Shown here: positions 1-9,383 of the stretch, one piece after another
Position numbering within the stretch: position 1 is the stretch's first letter
Layout of the letters: every line of letters starts with the position of its first letter
Assembly (NCBI GenBank): GCA_943787985.1
Contig: CALSOO010000011.1
Coordinates: forward strand, 34,444 to 98,443
Length of the DNA: 64,000 nucleotides
Reading direction: 5' to 3'
DNA from: an uncultured Rhodobacteraceae bacterium
GTDB taxonomy: Bacteria; Pseudomonadota; Alphaproteobacteria; Rhodobacterales; Rhodobacteraceae
The notes under the pieces: generated by a model
The model's input: the letters and a program-made list of their open reading frames with translations, nothing else
What the model was told of the DNA's origin: nothing
The model's database searches: none
Program-made: the position numbers and the translations under genes

Positions 1-1
1 G

Positions 2-439
2 CCCACACCGCCACGCGAAAAAGAACTGCTGCCCTACCTCAACAGCACTGTGGACGGGCTCTATACTATCGAACTCGAAGTGTTGATGCAGCCCGAAGGG
101 GCAGACACCGCAACGGCTCTGAGCAAAACCAACTACAACCGCATGTATTACTCCGCCGCGGAACAATTGTGCCACCACGCCGTCGGGGGCTGCGGTATGA
201 ACGCCGGAGACCTGCTCGGATCAGGAACCATATCAGGACCGGACAAATCCGAATACGGCTCGCTCATGGAAGTCTCATGGGCAGGGCGCGAACCTTTCAC
301 GCTCGACACAGGAGAGACCCGCACCTTTATCGAAGACGGCGACACACTGACCCTGCGCGGAGCCGCCAAAGGCGACGGCTACCAAATCGGGTTCGGCGAT
401 TGCACAGGAACAATCCTGCCCGCCGTAAAGCACCCCTGA
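2..439 (+). CDS. fahA: fumarylacetoacetase, C-terminal part (5' end upstream of window)
   Basis: Frame is open from the window edge to the stop at 437-439. The tail GSGTISGPDKSEYGSLMEVSWAGREPFTLDTGETRTFIEDGDTLTLRG matches the conserved FAH-fold C-terminus. Maleylacetoacetate isomerase lies 3 kb downstream. Confidence 0.8.
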   Translation, partial: PTPPREKELLPYLNSTVDGLYTIELEVLMQPEGADTATALSKTNYNRMYYSAAEQLCHHAVGGCGMNAGDLLGSGTISGPDKSEYGSLMEVSWAGREPFTLDTGETRTFIEDGDTLTLRGAAKGDGYQIGFGDCTGTILPAVKHP

Positions 440-520
440 TCCAAACTTCATCTCGCAAAATAAACCTCCCCCGGAGGGTCCGCTGCCAACCGCAAGCGCC
501 CTCACCCGAAAGGAAACACC

Positions 521-1471
521 ATGGCAAAAGCATTCGCATCCCAAGGCGACATGTCCGAAAAGAAAATCACGTTTGACGAAGTGGGCAAAGACCTCTGGGC
601 CTTCACAGCCGAAGGCGATCCAAACTCCGGCGTGATCATCGGCGACGAAAGCGTGATGATCGTCGAGGCGCAAGCGACACCGCGGCTGGCTGAAAAAGTC
701 ATCGAAAAAGTACGCAGCGTGACAGACAAGCCGATCAGCCACCTTGTACTGACACATTACCACGCCGTGCGCGTGTTGGGCGCGTCCGCTTACGGCGCAG
801 AGCAAATCATCATGTCCGACGTGGCACGTGGTATGGTCGAAGAACGCGGCCAAGAGGACTGGGACAGCGAGTTCCAACGCTTCCCCCGTCTGTTCGAGGG
901 GCATGAATCCATCCCCGGCCTGACTTACCCCACCACCACATTCTCTGACAGCATGACCGTCTATCTGGGCAAACGCCGGGTGGACATCAAACACATCGGC
1001 CGCGCACACACTGCAGGGGACGCCGTAATCCATGTGCCAGACGAAAACGTGATGTTTACCGGCGACATCGTCGAGGACCACTCTGCGTGTTATTGCGGCG
1101 ACGGATATTTCGGCGACTGGGGGCAGACGCTCGACAACATCATGACGTACGACGTGGACGCGATCGCCCCAGGGCGCGGTGATGCACTGGTCGGCAAAAA
1201 CGCCGTCGCACGGGCCATTGACAGCACGCGCGACTTTGTGGACAGCACGTACCGCCCCGCAGCCCGTGTGGCCGCGCGCAGTGGCAGCCTGAAAGACGCA
1301 TGGGACGCTGTGCGCGCGGAATGTGACCCCAAATTCCACGACTACGCCATCTACGAACACTGCCTGCCCTTCAACGTGGCGCGCGCATACGACGAAGCGC
1401 GCGGCATCGCACACCCCCGCATCTGGACCGACAAGCGCGATCTGGAAATGTGGGCGGCCCTCCAGGGGTAA
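521..1471 (+). CDS. MBL-fold metallo-hydrolase
   Basis: 316-aa ORF with a purine-rich SD before the ATG. Carries a metallo-beta-lactamase-fold His-rich region (LVLTHYHAVRVLG) and later His/Asp ligands (RAHTAGD, HVPDENVMFTGD). Confidence 0.7.
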   Translation: MAKAFASQGDMSEKKITFDEVGKDLWAFTAEGDPNSGVIIGDESVMIVEAQATPRLAEKVIEKVRSVTDKPISHLVLTHYHAVRVLGASAYGAEQIIMSDVARGMVEERGQEDWDSEFQRFPRLFEGHESIPGLTYPTTTFSDSMTVYLGKRRVDIKHIGRAHTAGDAVIHVPDENVMFTGDIVEDHSACYCGDGYFGDWGQTLDNIMTYDVDAIAPGRGDALVGKNAVARAIDSTRDFVDSTYRPAARVAARSGSLKDAWDAVRAECDPKFHDYAIYEHCLPFNVARAYDEARGIAHPRIWTDKRDLEMWAALQG

Positions 1472-1518
1472 AAGATTTTTCGACGAAAAATCTCGGCCCA
1501 GCACAAAGGGAGACCAAA

Positions 1519-3156
1519 ATGCCAGACGTTAGATATGAAACTGCTTTCAAGCTCTACCCTTACGAAAAGGTAGCCGCACAGGACACCGCTCCTGTGCGCC
1601 ACCCTGTTGTCATTGTCGGTGGTGGACCCATTGGCATGGCGTTGGCCCTGGATCTGGGCCAGCGCGGCACCCCTGCCCTGGTGCTTGATGATCACGACGG
1701 TGTAGGCCTTGGCTCACGCGCCATTTGTTTTGCCAAGCGCACCCTTGAGATCGCGGATCGCCTTGGCGCGGGGCAAGCCATGCTCGACAAAGGGGTGGTC
1801 TGGAATGTGGGCCGTGTGTTTCACGGCGACAGCAGTGTGTTCGACTTCAACCTGCTGCCCGAAGAGGGCCATGCACACCCGGCTTTCATCAACCTGCAAC
1901 AGCCTTATTTCGAGAAGTTCCTTGTAGACCAGATCCGCGTCGAACAAGCCAAAGGTGCCCCCATCGAAATTCGCGGCCGCAATCAGGTCACCGGTCTGCA
2001 CGATCACGGCGACCACGTCACCCTCGACATCAACACCCCCGACGGGTCTTACCAGATTGAAGCCGACTGGTTGATCGCCTGTGACGGAGCGCGCTCTCCT
2101 GTTCGTGATTTCATGGGGTTGAGTTTTGAGGGCCGTGTGTTCGAGGATAATTTCCTGATTGCCGACGTCAAAATGAAGGCGGATTTCCCGACAGAGCGCT
2201 GGTTCTGGTTCGAGCCCCCTTTCGAGGGTGCGGGTCAGTCAGCCTTGCTGCACAAACAGCCCGACGACATCTGGCGCATTGATTTCCAACTGGGGTGGGA
2301 CATCGACCGCGCCAAAGAACTCGACCCTGACCGCATTCGCACCCGCGTCGATGCCATGTTGGGCAGCCGCGATGGCACCATTCCCGACTACGCATTGGAA
2401 TGGACCTCGATCTACACGTTCCAGTGCCGCCGCATGGAGGACTTCCGCCACGGCTCCGTCTTGTTTGCCGGTGACAGCGCCCACCAAGTGTCCCCCTTTG
2501 GCGCGCGCGGGGCCAATTCCGGAGTGCAGGATGCTGACAATCTGGCGTGGAAGCTGGATCTGGTGGTCAAAGGGCACGCCCCCGAGGCCTTGCTCGACAG
2601 CTATTCCACCGAGCGCTCTCACGGGGCCGACGAGAACATCCTGAATTCCACCCGTGCCACTGATTTTCTGACCCCCAAGTCCGAGACCAGCCAGATTTTC
2701 CGCAACGCGGTCCTGCAACTGGCCCAACACCACGCCTTTGCCCGCCCCTTGGTCAATTCGGGGCGGTTGTCGGTCCCTTGCGTTTATGATGAGATGCCGC
2801 TGAACGGGCCGGACAAGCTGCATGCCCCTCATGTGAGCCGTGTCGGCGCCCCTTGCCCCGATGCTCCTTTGGGCGACGGCTACGTGTTGAACGCGCTGGT
2901 GGGCGGCTTTACCCTCCTTGCCTTGAACGCCGACGTCCCGACGGAAGTGACCGGGGTGACCGAGGCGGACGTCACCGCACGCGTCGTCCCTGTCCCCGAT
3001 GATGCCATCACCGATGATCTGCGCGCCCGTTACCTCGGCGACGCCAAAAGCGCGGTCTATCTGATCCGCCCCGACCAGCATGTCGCCGCCCGTTGGGCAG
3101 ATTTTGACACCGCCTCTGTGCGCGCGGCCTTGCGCACCGCCTGCGGAATGGAGTGA
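1519..3156 (+). CDS. FAD-dependent aromatic monooxygenase (PheA/TfdB/MhpA-type hydroxylase)
   Basis: Start chosen at ATG 1519 (SD AAAGGGAG upstream) inside the longer ORF 1450-3156. Has the GXGXXG dinucleotide fold VVIVGGGPIGMALALDLG, DGARSPVR, and GDSAHQVSPFGARGANSGVQDADNLAWKL. Confidence 0.85.
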   Translation: MPDVRYETAFKLYPYEKVAAQDTAPVRHPVVIVGGGPIGMALALDLGQRGTPALVLDDHDGVGLGSRAICFAKRTLEIADRLGAGQAMLDKGVVWNVGRVFHGDSSVFDFNLLPEEGHAHPAFINLQQPYFEKFLVDQIRVEQAKGAPIEIRGRNQVTGLHDHGDHVTLDINTPDGSYQIEADWLIACDGARSPVRDFMGLSFEGRVFEDNFLIADVKMKADFPTERWFWFEPPFEGAGQSALLHKQPDDIWRIDFQLGWDIDRAKELDPDRIRTRVDAMLGSRDGTIPDYALEWTSIYTFQCRRMEDFRHGSVLFAGDSAHQVSPFGARGANSGVQDADNLAWKLDLVVKGHAPEALLDSYSTERSHGADENILNSTRATDFLTPKSETSQIFRNAVLQLAQHHAFARPLVNSGRLSVPCVYDEMPLNGPDKLHAPHVSRVGAPCPDAPLGDGYVLNALVGGFTLLALNADVPTEVTGVTEADVTARVVPVPDDAITDDLRARYLGDAKSAVYLIRPDQHVAARWADFDTASVRAALRTACGME

Positions 3157-3160
3157 GCCT

Positions 3161-3349
3161 ATGTCTTTAAACCTGAACCCGAATATTCCTGACCCTGATG
3201 GGTTTTACGACTCTCTTGTCCAGGCGCACGAGGGCTTGAGCAAAACCCAGAGTGACGCCTACAACGCCCGTCTGATCCTTGTGCTGGCCAATCACATCGG
3301 GGACCGCGCCGTGCTCGCTGATGCCCTCAAGGCGGCCCACCATGCGTGA
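3161..3349 (+). CDS. DUF2783-like small protein
   Basis: 62 aa from ATG 3161, 4 nt after the hydroxylase stop. Sequence MSLNLNPNIPDPDGFYDSLVQAHEGLS...ARLILVLANHIGD resembles the small partner usually found after this hydroxylase class. Confidence 0.6.
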   Translation: MSLNLNPNIPDPDGFYDSLVQAHEGLSKTQSDAYNARLILVLANHIGDRAVLADALKAAHHA

Positions 3350-3959
3350 GGTCGTGTTGTGGGATTACCCCAAGTCCTCCGCCAGTTACCGCGTGCGCAT
3401 CGCGCTGAACCTTGCAGGGATCTCCTACCGGATCGAGACCGTGGATCTGTTGGCCAAAGACCACCGCTCTGACGCCCATCTGGCGCGCAATCCCCAAGGG
3501 TTTGTGCCCGTGCTTGACATAGACGGGCAGCGATTGACCCAATCCCTCGCGATCCTTGAGTATCTTGATACGACGCGCGGTCTGGGTCTGCTCCCGAGCG
3601 ACCCGCTGCTGCGCGCCCGCGTTCAGGCCTTGGCCCATGTCATCGCCGTGGACTTGCATCCTGTGTGCAACCTGTCCGTTATGGGGCACGCCACCGGCGG
3701 CCAAGAGCCGGCGCGCACCAACTGGATGACCCATTTCATCCCCAAAGGGATGCATGCGTTTGAGGCGCTCCTGACCGGCTTTACCCAGTCGCCGTTTTGC
3801 ACTGGACCCACCCCGACCCTGCCGGACCTGTGCCTGATGCCGCAAATCTACAACGCGCGGCGTTGGGGGGCCGATTACACGGATTGCGCCCGCATCCAAG
3901 CCATCGAGGCCGCCTGCACACAGCACCCCGCCTTTGCCGCAGCACATCCCGATTCCTAG
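3342..3959 (+). CDS. maiA: maleylacetoacetate isomerase (GST zeta class)
   Basis: Start ATG 3342 overlaps the preceding stop by 8 nt. GST-zeta N-terminus LWDYPKSSASYRVRIALNLAGISYR, plus QSLAILEYLD. Pathway context with fahA. Confidence 0.85.
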   Translation: MREVVLWDYPKSSASYRVRIALNLAGISYRIETVDLLAKDHRSDAHLARNPQGFVPVLDIDGQRLTQSLAILEYLDTTRGLGLLPSDPLLRARVQALAHVIAVDLHPVCNLSVMGHATGGQEPARTNWMTHFIPKGMHAFEALLTGFTQSPFCTGPTPTLPDLCLMPQIYNARRWGADYTDCARIQAIEAACTQHPAFAAAHPDS

Positions 3960-4190
3960 GCGCATTGGCGAAATCCCGACGCCCCGAGGGGCGCCCGGAT
4001 CACGTCATCTATGCCGCGCGCCCCCTTTGCAAAGCGGCCCCCTATTTATGCCCGATGCAAAGCACTGATATGTCATGATATATGTGCTGAGGGTGCAAAA
4101 TTGACGGGTCCAGAGCCACGACGCAATCGCGTCTTTTCCCTTGCGTCAATATCGCATAAACACAACCCTAAATCTGCCAAAGGAGTTCCC

Positions 4191-5000
4191 ATGAAGAAAG
4201 TTTACGGCTCAGCCGCTGAGGCCCTTGAGGGGCTTTTGTTTGACGGCATGTTCATCGCCTCCGGAGGCTTTGGCCTGTGCGGCATTCCTGAATTGCTGCT
4301 GGACGCGATCAAAGACGCGGGCACCCAGGACCTGACCTTTGCCTCTAACAACGCAGGCGTAGATGACTTTGGCATCGGCATTTTGCTGCAAACCAAGCAG
4401 GTCAAAAAAATGATCAGCTCTTATGTGGGCGAAAACGCGGAATTCATGCGCCAGTACCTGTCGGGCGAGTTGGAGCTGGAATTCAACCCTCAAGGCACAT
4501 TGGCCGAACGCATGCGCGCTGGCGGCTGTGGCATCCCGGGGTTCTACACCAAAACGGGTGTGGGCACCGTGATCGCGGACGGAAAAGAGCACAAGGATTT
4601 CACCACCCGTGATGGCAAGGTCGAAACCTACATCATGGAAGAAGGCATTGTCGCCGATCTGGCCATCGTAAAAGGCTGGAAAGCCGACGCGACCGGCAAC
4701 CTTGTGTTTCGCAAAACGGCCCGTAACTTTAACCCCCCTGCCGCCATGTGCGGCAAGGTCTGCGTGGTCGAAGTCGAGGAAATCGTGCCCACCGGCTCAC
4801 TGGACCCCGACACCATCCACCTGCCCGGCATCTACGTGCACCGCATCGTCCAGGGCGCACATGAAAAGCGGATCGAACAACGCACAACCAGACCAGCGTC
4901 CGCCTCTGGCGGAACACCAGCGTCCGCCTCTGGCGGAACACCAGCGTCCGCCTCTGGCGGAACACCAGCGTCCGCCTCTGGCGAAACAAGGAGCGCATAA
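4191..5000 (+). CDS. scoA: 3-oxoacid CoA-transferase subunit A with repeat-extended C-terminus
   Basis: ATG 4191 preceded by [41 protein letters not shown] is the typical subunit-A N-terminus. The last ~35 aa are (PASASGGT)x4. Confidence 0.9.
   Translation: MKKVYGSAAEALEGLLFDGMFIASGGFGLCGIPELLLDAIKDAGTQDLTFASNNAGVDDFGIGILLQTKQVKKMISSYVGENAEFMRQYLSGELELEFNPQGTLAERMRAGGCGIPGFYTKTGVGTVIADGKEHKDFTTRDGKVETYIMEEGIVADLAIVKGWKADATGNLVFRKTARNFNPPAAMCGKVCVVEVEEIVPTGSLDPDTIHLPGIYVHRIVQGAHEKRIEQRTTRPASASGGTPASASGGTPASASGGTPASASGETRSA
4893..4988. repeat. 4 x 24-bp perfect/near-perfect tandem repeat (CCAGCGTCCGCCTCTGGCGGAACA), in frame in scoA 3' end
   Basis: Read directly: copies at 4893, 4917, 4941 and 4965 (last copy has G to A). 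Encodes PASASGGT x3 plus PASASGET. The scoB SD (AAGGAG) follows immediately. Confidence 0.95.
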
Positions 5001-5001
5001 C

Positions 5002-5625
5002 ATGTGGGATCGCAATCAAATGGCGGCGCGTGCCGCACAAGAGCTGCAAGACGGTTGGTACGTGAACCTTGGCATCGGCATCCCGACGCTGGTCTCCAAT
5101 TACATCCCCGAGGGCATCGAAGTGACCCTTCAGTCCGAAAACGGGATGCTGGGCATGGGCCCCTTCCCAATTGAAGGCACCGAGGACGCAGACCTGATCA
5201 ACGCAGGCAAGCAGACCATCACCGAACTGCCCCAAACCGCCTATTTCGACAGCGCCCAATCCTTTGGCATGATCCGCGGCGGCAAAATCTCCATGGCGAT
5301 ACTTGGTGCGATGGAAGTGGCTGAAAACGGTGATTTGGCCAACTGGATGATCCCGGGCAAGCTGGTCAAAGGCATGGGAGGGGCTATGGATCTGGTCGCA
5401 GGCGTCGGCCGTGTGGTCGTGGTCATGGACCACACCAACAAACACGGCGACAGCAAAGTGCTGCCGGCCTGTACCCTGCCCCTGACCGGCAAAGGCGTTG
5501 TCGATCGCATCATCACCAACCTTGGTGTGCTGGATGTGGTTGAAGGCGGGCTGAAAATTGTCGAATGCGCTGATGGCGTGACCGAAGACGAGTTGCGCGC
5601 CGCGACCTTGGCCAAAATCGTCTAA
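5002..5625 (+). CDS. scoB: 3-oxoacid CoA-transferase subunit B
   Basis: ATG 5002, 2 nt after the scoA stop. [31 protein letters not shown] and the glutamate-containing SENG motif region ([12 protein letters not shown]) are typical of subunit B. Confidence 0.9.
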   Translation: MWDRNQMAARAAQELQDGWYVNLGIGIPTLVSNYIPEGIEVTLQSENGMLGMGPFPIEGTEDADLINAGKQTITELPQTAYFDSAQSFGMIRGGKISMAILGAMEVAENGDLANWMIPGKLVKGMGGAMDLVAGVGRVVVVMDHTNKHGDSKVLPACTLPLTGKGVVDRIITNLGVLDVVEGGLKIVECADGVTEDELRAATLAKIV

Positions 5626-5632
5626 ATCCACG

Positions 5633-5668
5633 GCCCTTGCCGCGATTGTGGCAGGGGCTTTTGTGCTT
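5633..5668 (+). terminator. rho-independent terminator after scoB
   Basis: Hairpin GCCCTTGCC-gcgattgt-GGCAGGGGC (9 bp, one G-U pair) followed by TTTTGTGCTTTG, 8 nt after the scoB stop. Confidence 0.6.
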
Positions 5669-5915
5669 TGACACCCGTGCGTGATGGCCTTGAGGTATTT
5701 TGAGCCCCGCAGACCTTAAGTCCCGAGACTCCATCGCTCCTTTGGCTTGCTTTGATCAACCGGTCAACGCTGATACGGCAGGCTGGCCGACGCCCCTCCG
5801 CATGGACCGAAGCCGCGCCATCTGCACCTCAGGCAGCCAATAAAGAGTGCTCATATTAGCAGCGCATTAAACATCACAACCCCACATCGCAACGGTTGCC
5901 TCAAAGCTGGCTGGT

Positions 5916-6686
5916 ATGGTGGTTGTGAGCGCCCGTGGACGTAATGATCTTCAGGATAAGCACATCAGTACCATCCTGACCTTCCTCGCCAAAGACGAAT
6001 ATTGCCGTTTGAATTTTGTCGCTCAAAGGTTTGGTATCGATGACATCTACCAAGATCACTATCGTGACCAACTCAATCAAGCCGCAGGCCGAAACAGTGG
6101 GCTGCGTAAAAATCATGCGACGCCGTATGACCATGAAGTCATAGTCTCGCCGACGTTGCATCGTTGTCTATTGGCATTAAGTGTCGTCAGCTCCGATGGC
6201 CTTGCAACGACAGGAATGCGGCTTGACGAAGTTGCTTTGCTGGACTGGACACAAGTGAAGACCCAAGGCGAGATCACTTACCTCGATCTGACCCAAGCCA
6301 AAGTCAAAACGCAGGGTTCTGAGCGGTTGGTCCCTCTACATTCTGATTTAATCCTGCCTGCGCCCGGCTCTGGGCGCATCTTCTCATACCCGGTTGACCG
6401 TGATGGCAAAGCCGAGAACAAGGCGTCTAAGGCACTTATGCCTTACATTCGCGCTGTGGTTGGTAAAGATACTAGACTGGTCATCCACAGCTTTAGACAC
6501 ACTATCAAAGATCTTCTACGCGATGCCGGTATCGAAAAAGAGATGAACGACTTCATTACTGGCCACTCCAGTGGCGATACATCCGGCGATTACGGGCGCG
6601 GCCCGAGTCTGGCAAACCGATCAATCGCAATCGACAAAATAGATATCAGTTTCATATTCCAAACAGCAGACAGCCCAACGCTCTGA
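5916..6686 (+). pseudogene. tyrosine recombinase/integrase remnant (catalytic domain only)
   Basis: C-terminal half carries integrase catalytic-domain motifs (GMRLDEVALL, LVIHSFRHTIKDLL, GHSSGDTSGDYGRG). There is no recognisable N-terminal core-binding domain. The segment is AT-richer than its flanks. Confidence 0.55.
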
Positions 6687-6910
6687 AACGAGCGGCGCAT
6701 AGCGGTCATTGGACCGTTCCGCAGCTAAAGTCTGCTAGGAGCCCAATCTGTGAGTTCGGTTTTCTCGCTGCACGCGCTCGCCGCGCAACTTATGCTGCAA
6801 CTGCTCAAAATACTGTGCCGCAATTCAGCGAGTAAACCAGTCATTCATAAGGCCTGCAGCGAGGAAAACAGCCCTCGTACACACGGCCGACAAAGGGCTC
6901 TCGAGCTCCT

Positions 6911-8563
6911 TCATACCAACCTGCTTTTCAGTAAATCACCGGACTTTAACAAGATCGGATAGCCGACCATTGAAAATGCAGTATTGACCTGCTTCAGGGC
7001 GCGCAAGGTTTCTTGGTGGATGTTGCTGGTTTCGATACTTTCGGCCAAACCTTCACGTAGGCGGCCAATGTGATTGCGCTGTAGCTTCTGTTCAACCTTA
7101 CGGACCTTTTCCTTTGCTGCAACAAGCTCGCGGGCCTCGGCAGGATTCTGGTTCATCATGACGTTCAGCGCCAATTGTACATTGCTTTGAACCCGGTCGG
7201 AAAAGTCGCCAATTTCGATCCGACCTTGGGGGGAAAACTGGAGCTTCTGTGCGTCGAGCCGCTTGGCCAGTTCCAGCATGACCCTTGCGATCGCATCAGA
7301 CGCGGAATCAAGGCTCGATGAAATCGACGCAAGCTCCATTGATCGACGGCCAAGTTCTTCATCCAGCCCCGTCTGACCCAGCTTCGCGAGGTAAAGCTTC
7401 ACATCAAGATGAATCTGTTTGATCGTAAAGTCTTGATCGCGGATCGTTTTCGCAGCGGCAGTGTTCCAAGTGTCATAAAGCGGTTCGACCGAAATCAGCA
7501 TATGTTCGATTTTCTGGCCCATCCCGAGCAGCTCTCGCGCTGCACAATCGAGACCACGCTGGGGCCGTTCCAACGCGTTCGGATCGAGAGCCGAGACCGC
7601 CGCAAGGGAGGTATCCTCAGAAACCTTGTCCGGCATCAGGCGCGTCAGCAAAGATGTCAGCACGCCGACAAAGGGTAAGGCGATGACAGCCAGCACCAGA
7701 TTAAATACAAGATGTGAATTGATCGATTGGCGCGCCGGTGTCGTCCCCAAACGGTCCAGCAGATCGGGCGTCGCAGATATCAAAAAGGTTACCAAAATCG
7801 CTCCACCGCCTCGCAAAACAAGGTTTGCAACGATCATGCGGCGCGACGACAAGGGGGCCGACAACGTTAGAACGTAGGCAATGAGAGCACCGCCCAGATT
7901 TGCACCTAGGATCATGGCGACGGCTGCTGAAACTGGCAAAACGGCCTGTGCGGCCAATGTGACGAACAACAGCACCGCCGCGACGCTGGAATGAACGACC
8001 CACGCAAATCCCGCACCTAAGACAAATGCTGTCAGTAAATCACGGCCAAGATAGGCCATGACGGTCTGCGTTGCGGGATTAGCCACCAACGGCCCAGTCG
8101 CCGCGCGGATCATATCCAAGGACACAAAAATCAGGGCAAGCCCGATCAGAATGCGGCCAACTTGGCGATTGCTGCCGCTTGCACGTTGAAAGATAGCGAC
8201 CCCGATCAACAGCAATATCGGGATCAGGATTGGCTGACGCACCATCAAAAGCTGCGTTACAATTGCTGACCCAACGTCTGCGCCCAGTAAGATCGCCAGA
8301 CCAACAGCCGTCGCAAGCCCGCCCTTGGCCACAAAATTGGACACCAATACCGCCACCGCCGTCGAGCTTTGCAGGAACACTGCGGCCCCCATCCCTGTGG
8401 CTGCTGCCAGCAAACGGTTTTTGGCGGAATGGCGCAACCAGAACCGCAAGGGTGCTGCAAAGCCGCGCTCGACACCGGTGCGGACCAATCTGACAGCCCA
8501 GATCAGCAGCGCTGCTGCGCCGGCTATTTGAATCAGGAATTGTATCGGATGTGGGTCGTCCAC
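6911..8563 (-). CDS. Na/Pi cotransporter family protein with C-terminal PhoU-like domain
   Basis: 550 aa. N-terminus IQIAGAAALLIWAVRLVRTGVERGFAAPLRFWL...LQSSTAVAVLV is typical of the NptA/YjbB family. Two membrane repeats are followed by a soluble helical PhoU-like tail. Confidence 0.85.
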   Translation of the reverse strand: MDDPHPIQFLIQIAGAAALLIWAVRLVRTGVERGFAAPLRFWLRHSAKNRLLAAATGMGAAVFLQSSTAVAVLVSNFVAKGGLATAVGLAILLGADVGSAIVTQLLMVRQPILIPILLLIGVAIFQRASGSNRQVGRILIGLALIFVSLDMIRAATGPLVANPATQTVMAYLGRDLLTAFVLGAGFAWVVHSSVAAVLLFVTLAAQAVLPVSAAVAMILGANLGGALIAYVLTLSAPLSSRRMIVANLVLRGGGAILVTFLISATPDLLDRLGTTPARQSINSHLVFNLVLAVIALPFVGVLTSLLTRLMPDKVSEDTSLAAVSALDPNALERPQRGLDCAARELLGMGQKIEHMLISVEPLYDTWNTAAAKTIRDQDFTIKQIHLDVKLYLAKLGQTGLDEELGRRSMELASISSSLDSASDAIARVMLELAKRLDAQKLQFSPQGRIEIGDFSDRVQSNVQLALNVMMNQNPAEARELVAAKEKVRKVEQKLQRNHIGRLREGLAESIETSNIHQETLRALKQVNTAFSMVGYPILLKSGDLLKSRLV

Positions 8564-8591
8564 AGGCCACGCTTTCTGTCAGAGAAATAGT

Positions 8592-9383
8592 TTAGAACGG
8601 AAATGGGCCGGGACCGGCATCAGGTCCGATCCGAATGGTTTGAAAAACGCCGTCCCAAGTATGCAACAGGCACCCGTCCTCGAGAGTCATAAACCCCACA
8701 GTGGCGTCAGCGCGACGATCATAGGCGAATGTAGTACACGGCGATGGGGCGGAAATTGCGATGTGCCCTCCCACATCCGTGACCATCATAGAATGGATAT
8801 GACCACAAACAATCCGCAACGGGCCAGTGTGGTCGGACACAACATCGCGAAAGGCCGCACGATTGGTCAGGCCGATGTCGTCCATAAAATTGATACCGGA
8901 CCGAAACGGTGGATGGTGAAGCGCCAACAATGTGGGCGTCTCATACCCGTCCGCCAGTGCGGTTTTCAAAAACACCAAAGACTGCGCGGACAGCGTGCCT
9001 TTGCCCGATCCCTCGACCAGTGTATCCAGCCCAATGATCTTGAGGTCGCCAACCTGCGTAACCCAGTCAAGGGGCCCATCCTGCGTAAACTGGTCAGCAA
9101 ACGCCGCCCGCATCGGTCCGCGGGCGTCATGGTTTCCGGGAATTACCAGTAGCGGCAAATCAAGCGGAGCAAGTATAGCTTTGAACCGCTCATAGCTTTG
9201 CGCGCTGCCATCATCGCTCAGGTCGCCGCTGATCAAAACAACATCGATCGCGCCGATCTGATTGCGGACAGACTGGATCCTATCAATCAAGCGCGCCAAA
9301 GCCGCAGCAGTATCCAACCTGTCTGAAACTAGCGCGCCTTCACGCACAATATGCGTGTCCGTGATTTGAAGGATCGTGGTCAT
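8592..9383 (-). CDS. metallophosphoesterase (CpdA/GpdQ-type phosphodiesterase)
   Basis: Calcineurin-like motifs in order: ITDTHI, SGDLSDDGS, GNHD, HHPP, GHIH. Its start overlaps the upstream permease stop by 4 nt (ATGA). Confidence 0.8.
   Translation of the reverse strand: MTTILQITDTHIVREGALVSDRLDTAAALARLIDRIQSVRNQIGAIDVVLISGDLSDDGSAQSYERFKAILAPLDLPLLVIPGNHDARGPMRAAFADQFTQDGPLDWVTQVGDLKIIGLDTLVEGSGKGTLSAQSLVFLKTALADGYETPTLLALHHPPFRSGINFMDDIGLTNRAAFRDVVSDHTGPLRIVCGHIHSMMVTDVGGHIAISAPSPCTTFAYDRRADATVGFMTLEDGCLLHTWDGVFQTIRIGPDAGPGPFPF

Noticed and set aside
275-1504. 409-aa minus-strand ORF covering the MBL-hydrolase gene
   Set aside because: It is the antisense shadow of a motif-bearing plus-strand gene in GC-rich DNA. 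Its composition is Arg/Ala/Gly/Val-rich and it has no recognisable motif. The same reasoning applies to 2239-3081, 11614-12300 and 16817-17506.
4011-4190. N-terminal 60-aa extension of scoA (ORF 4011-5000)
   Set aside because: The canonical subunit-A N-terminus begins at MKKVYG (ATG 4191) with an AAAGGAG SD. The extension is non-homologous and covers promoter-like AT-rich DNA.
4893-4988. Tandem repeats as a possible CRISPR array
   Set aside because: The repeats are directly adjacent 24-mers with no spacers, lie in frame inside a gene, and have no cas genes nearby.
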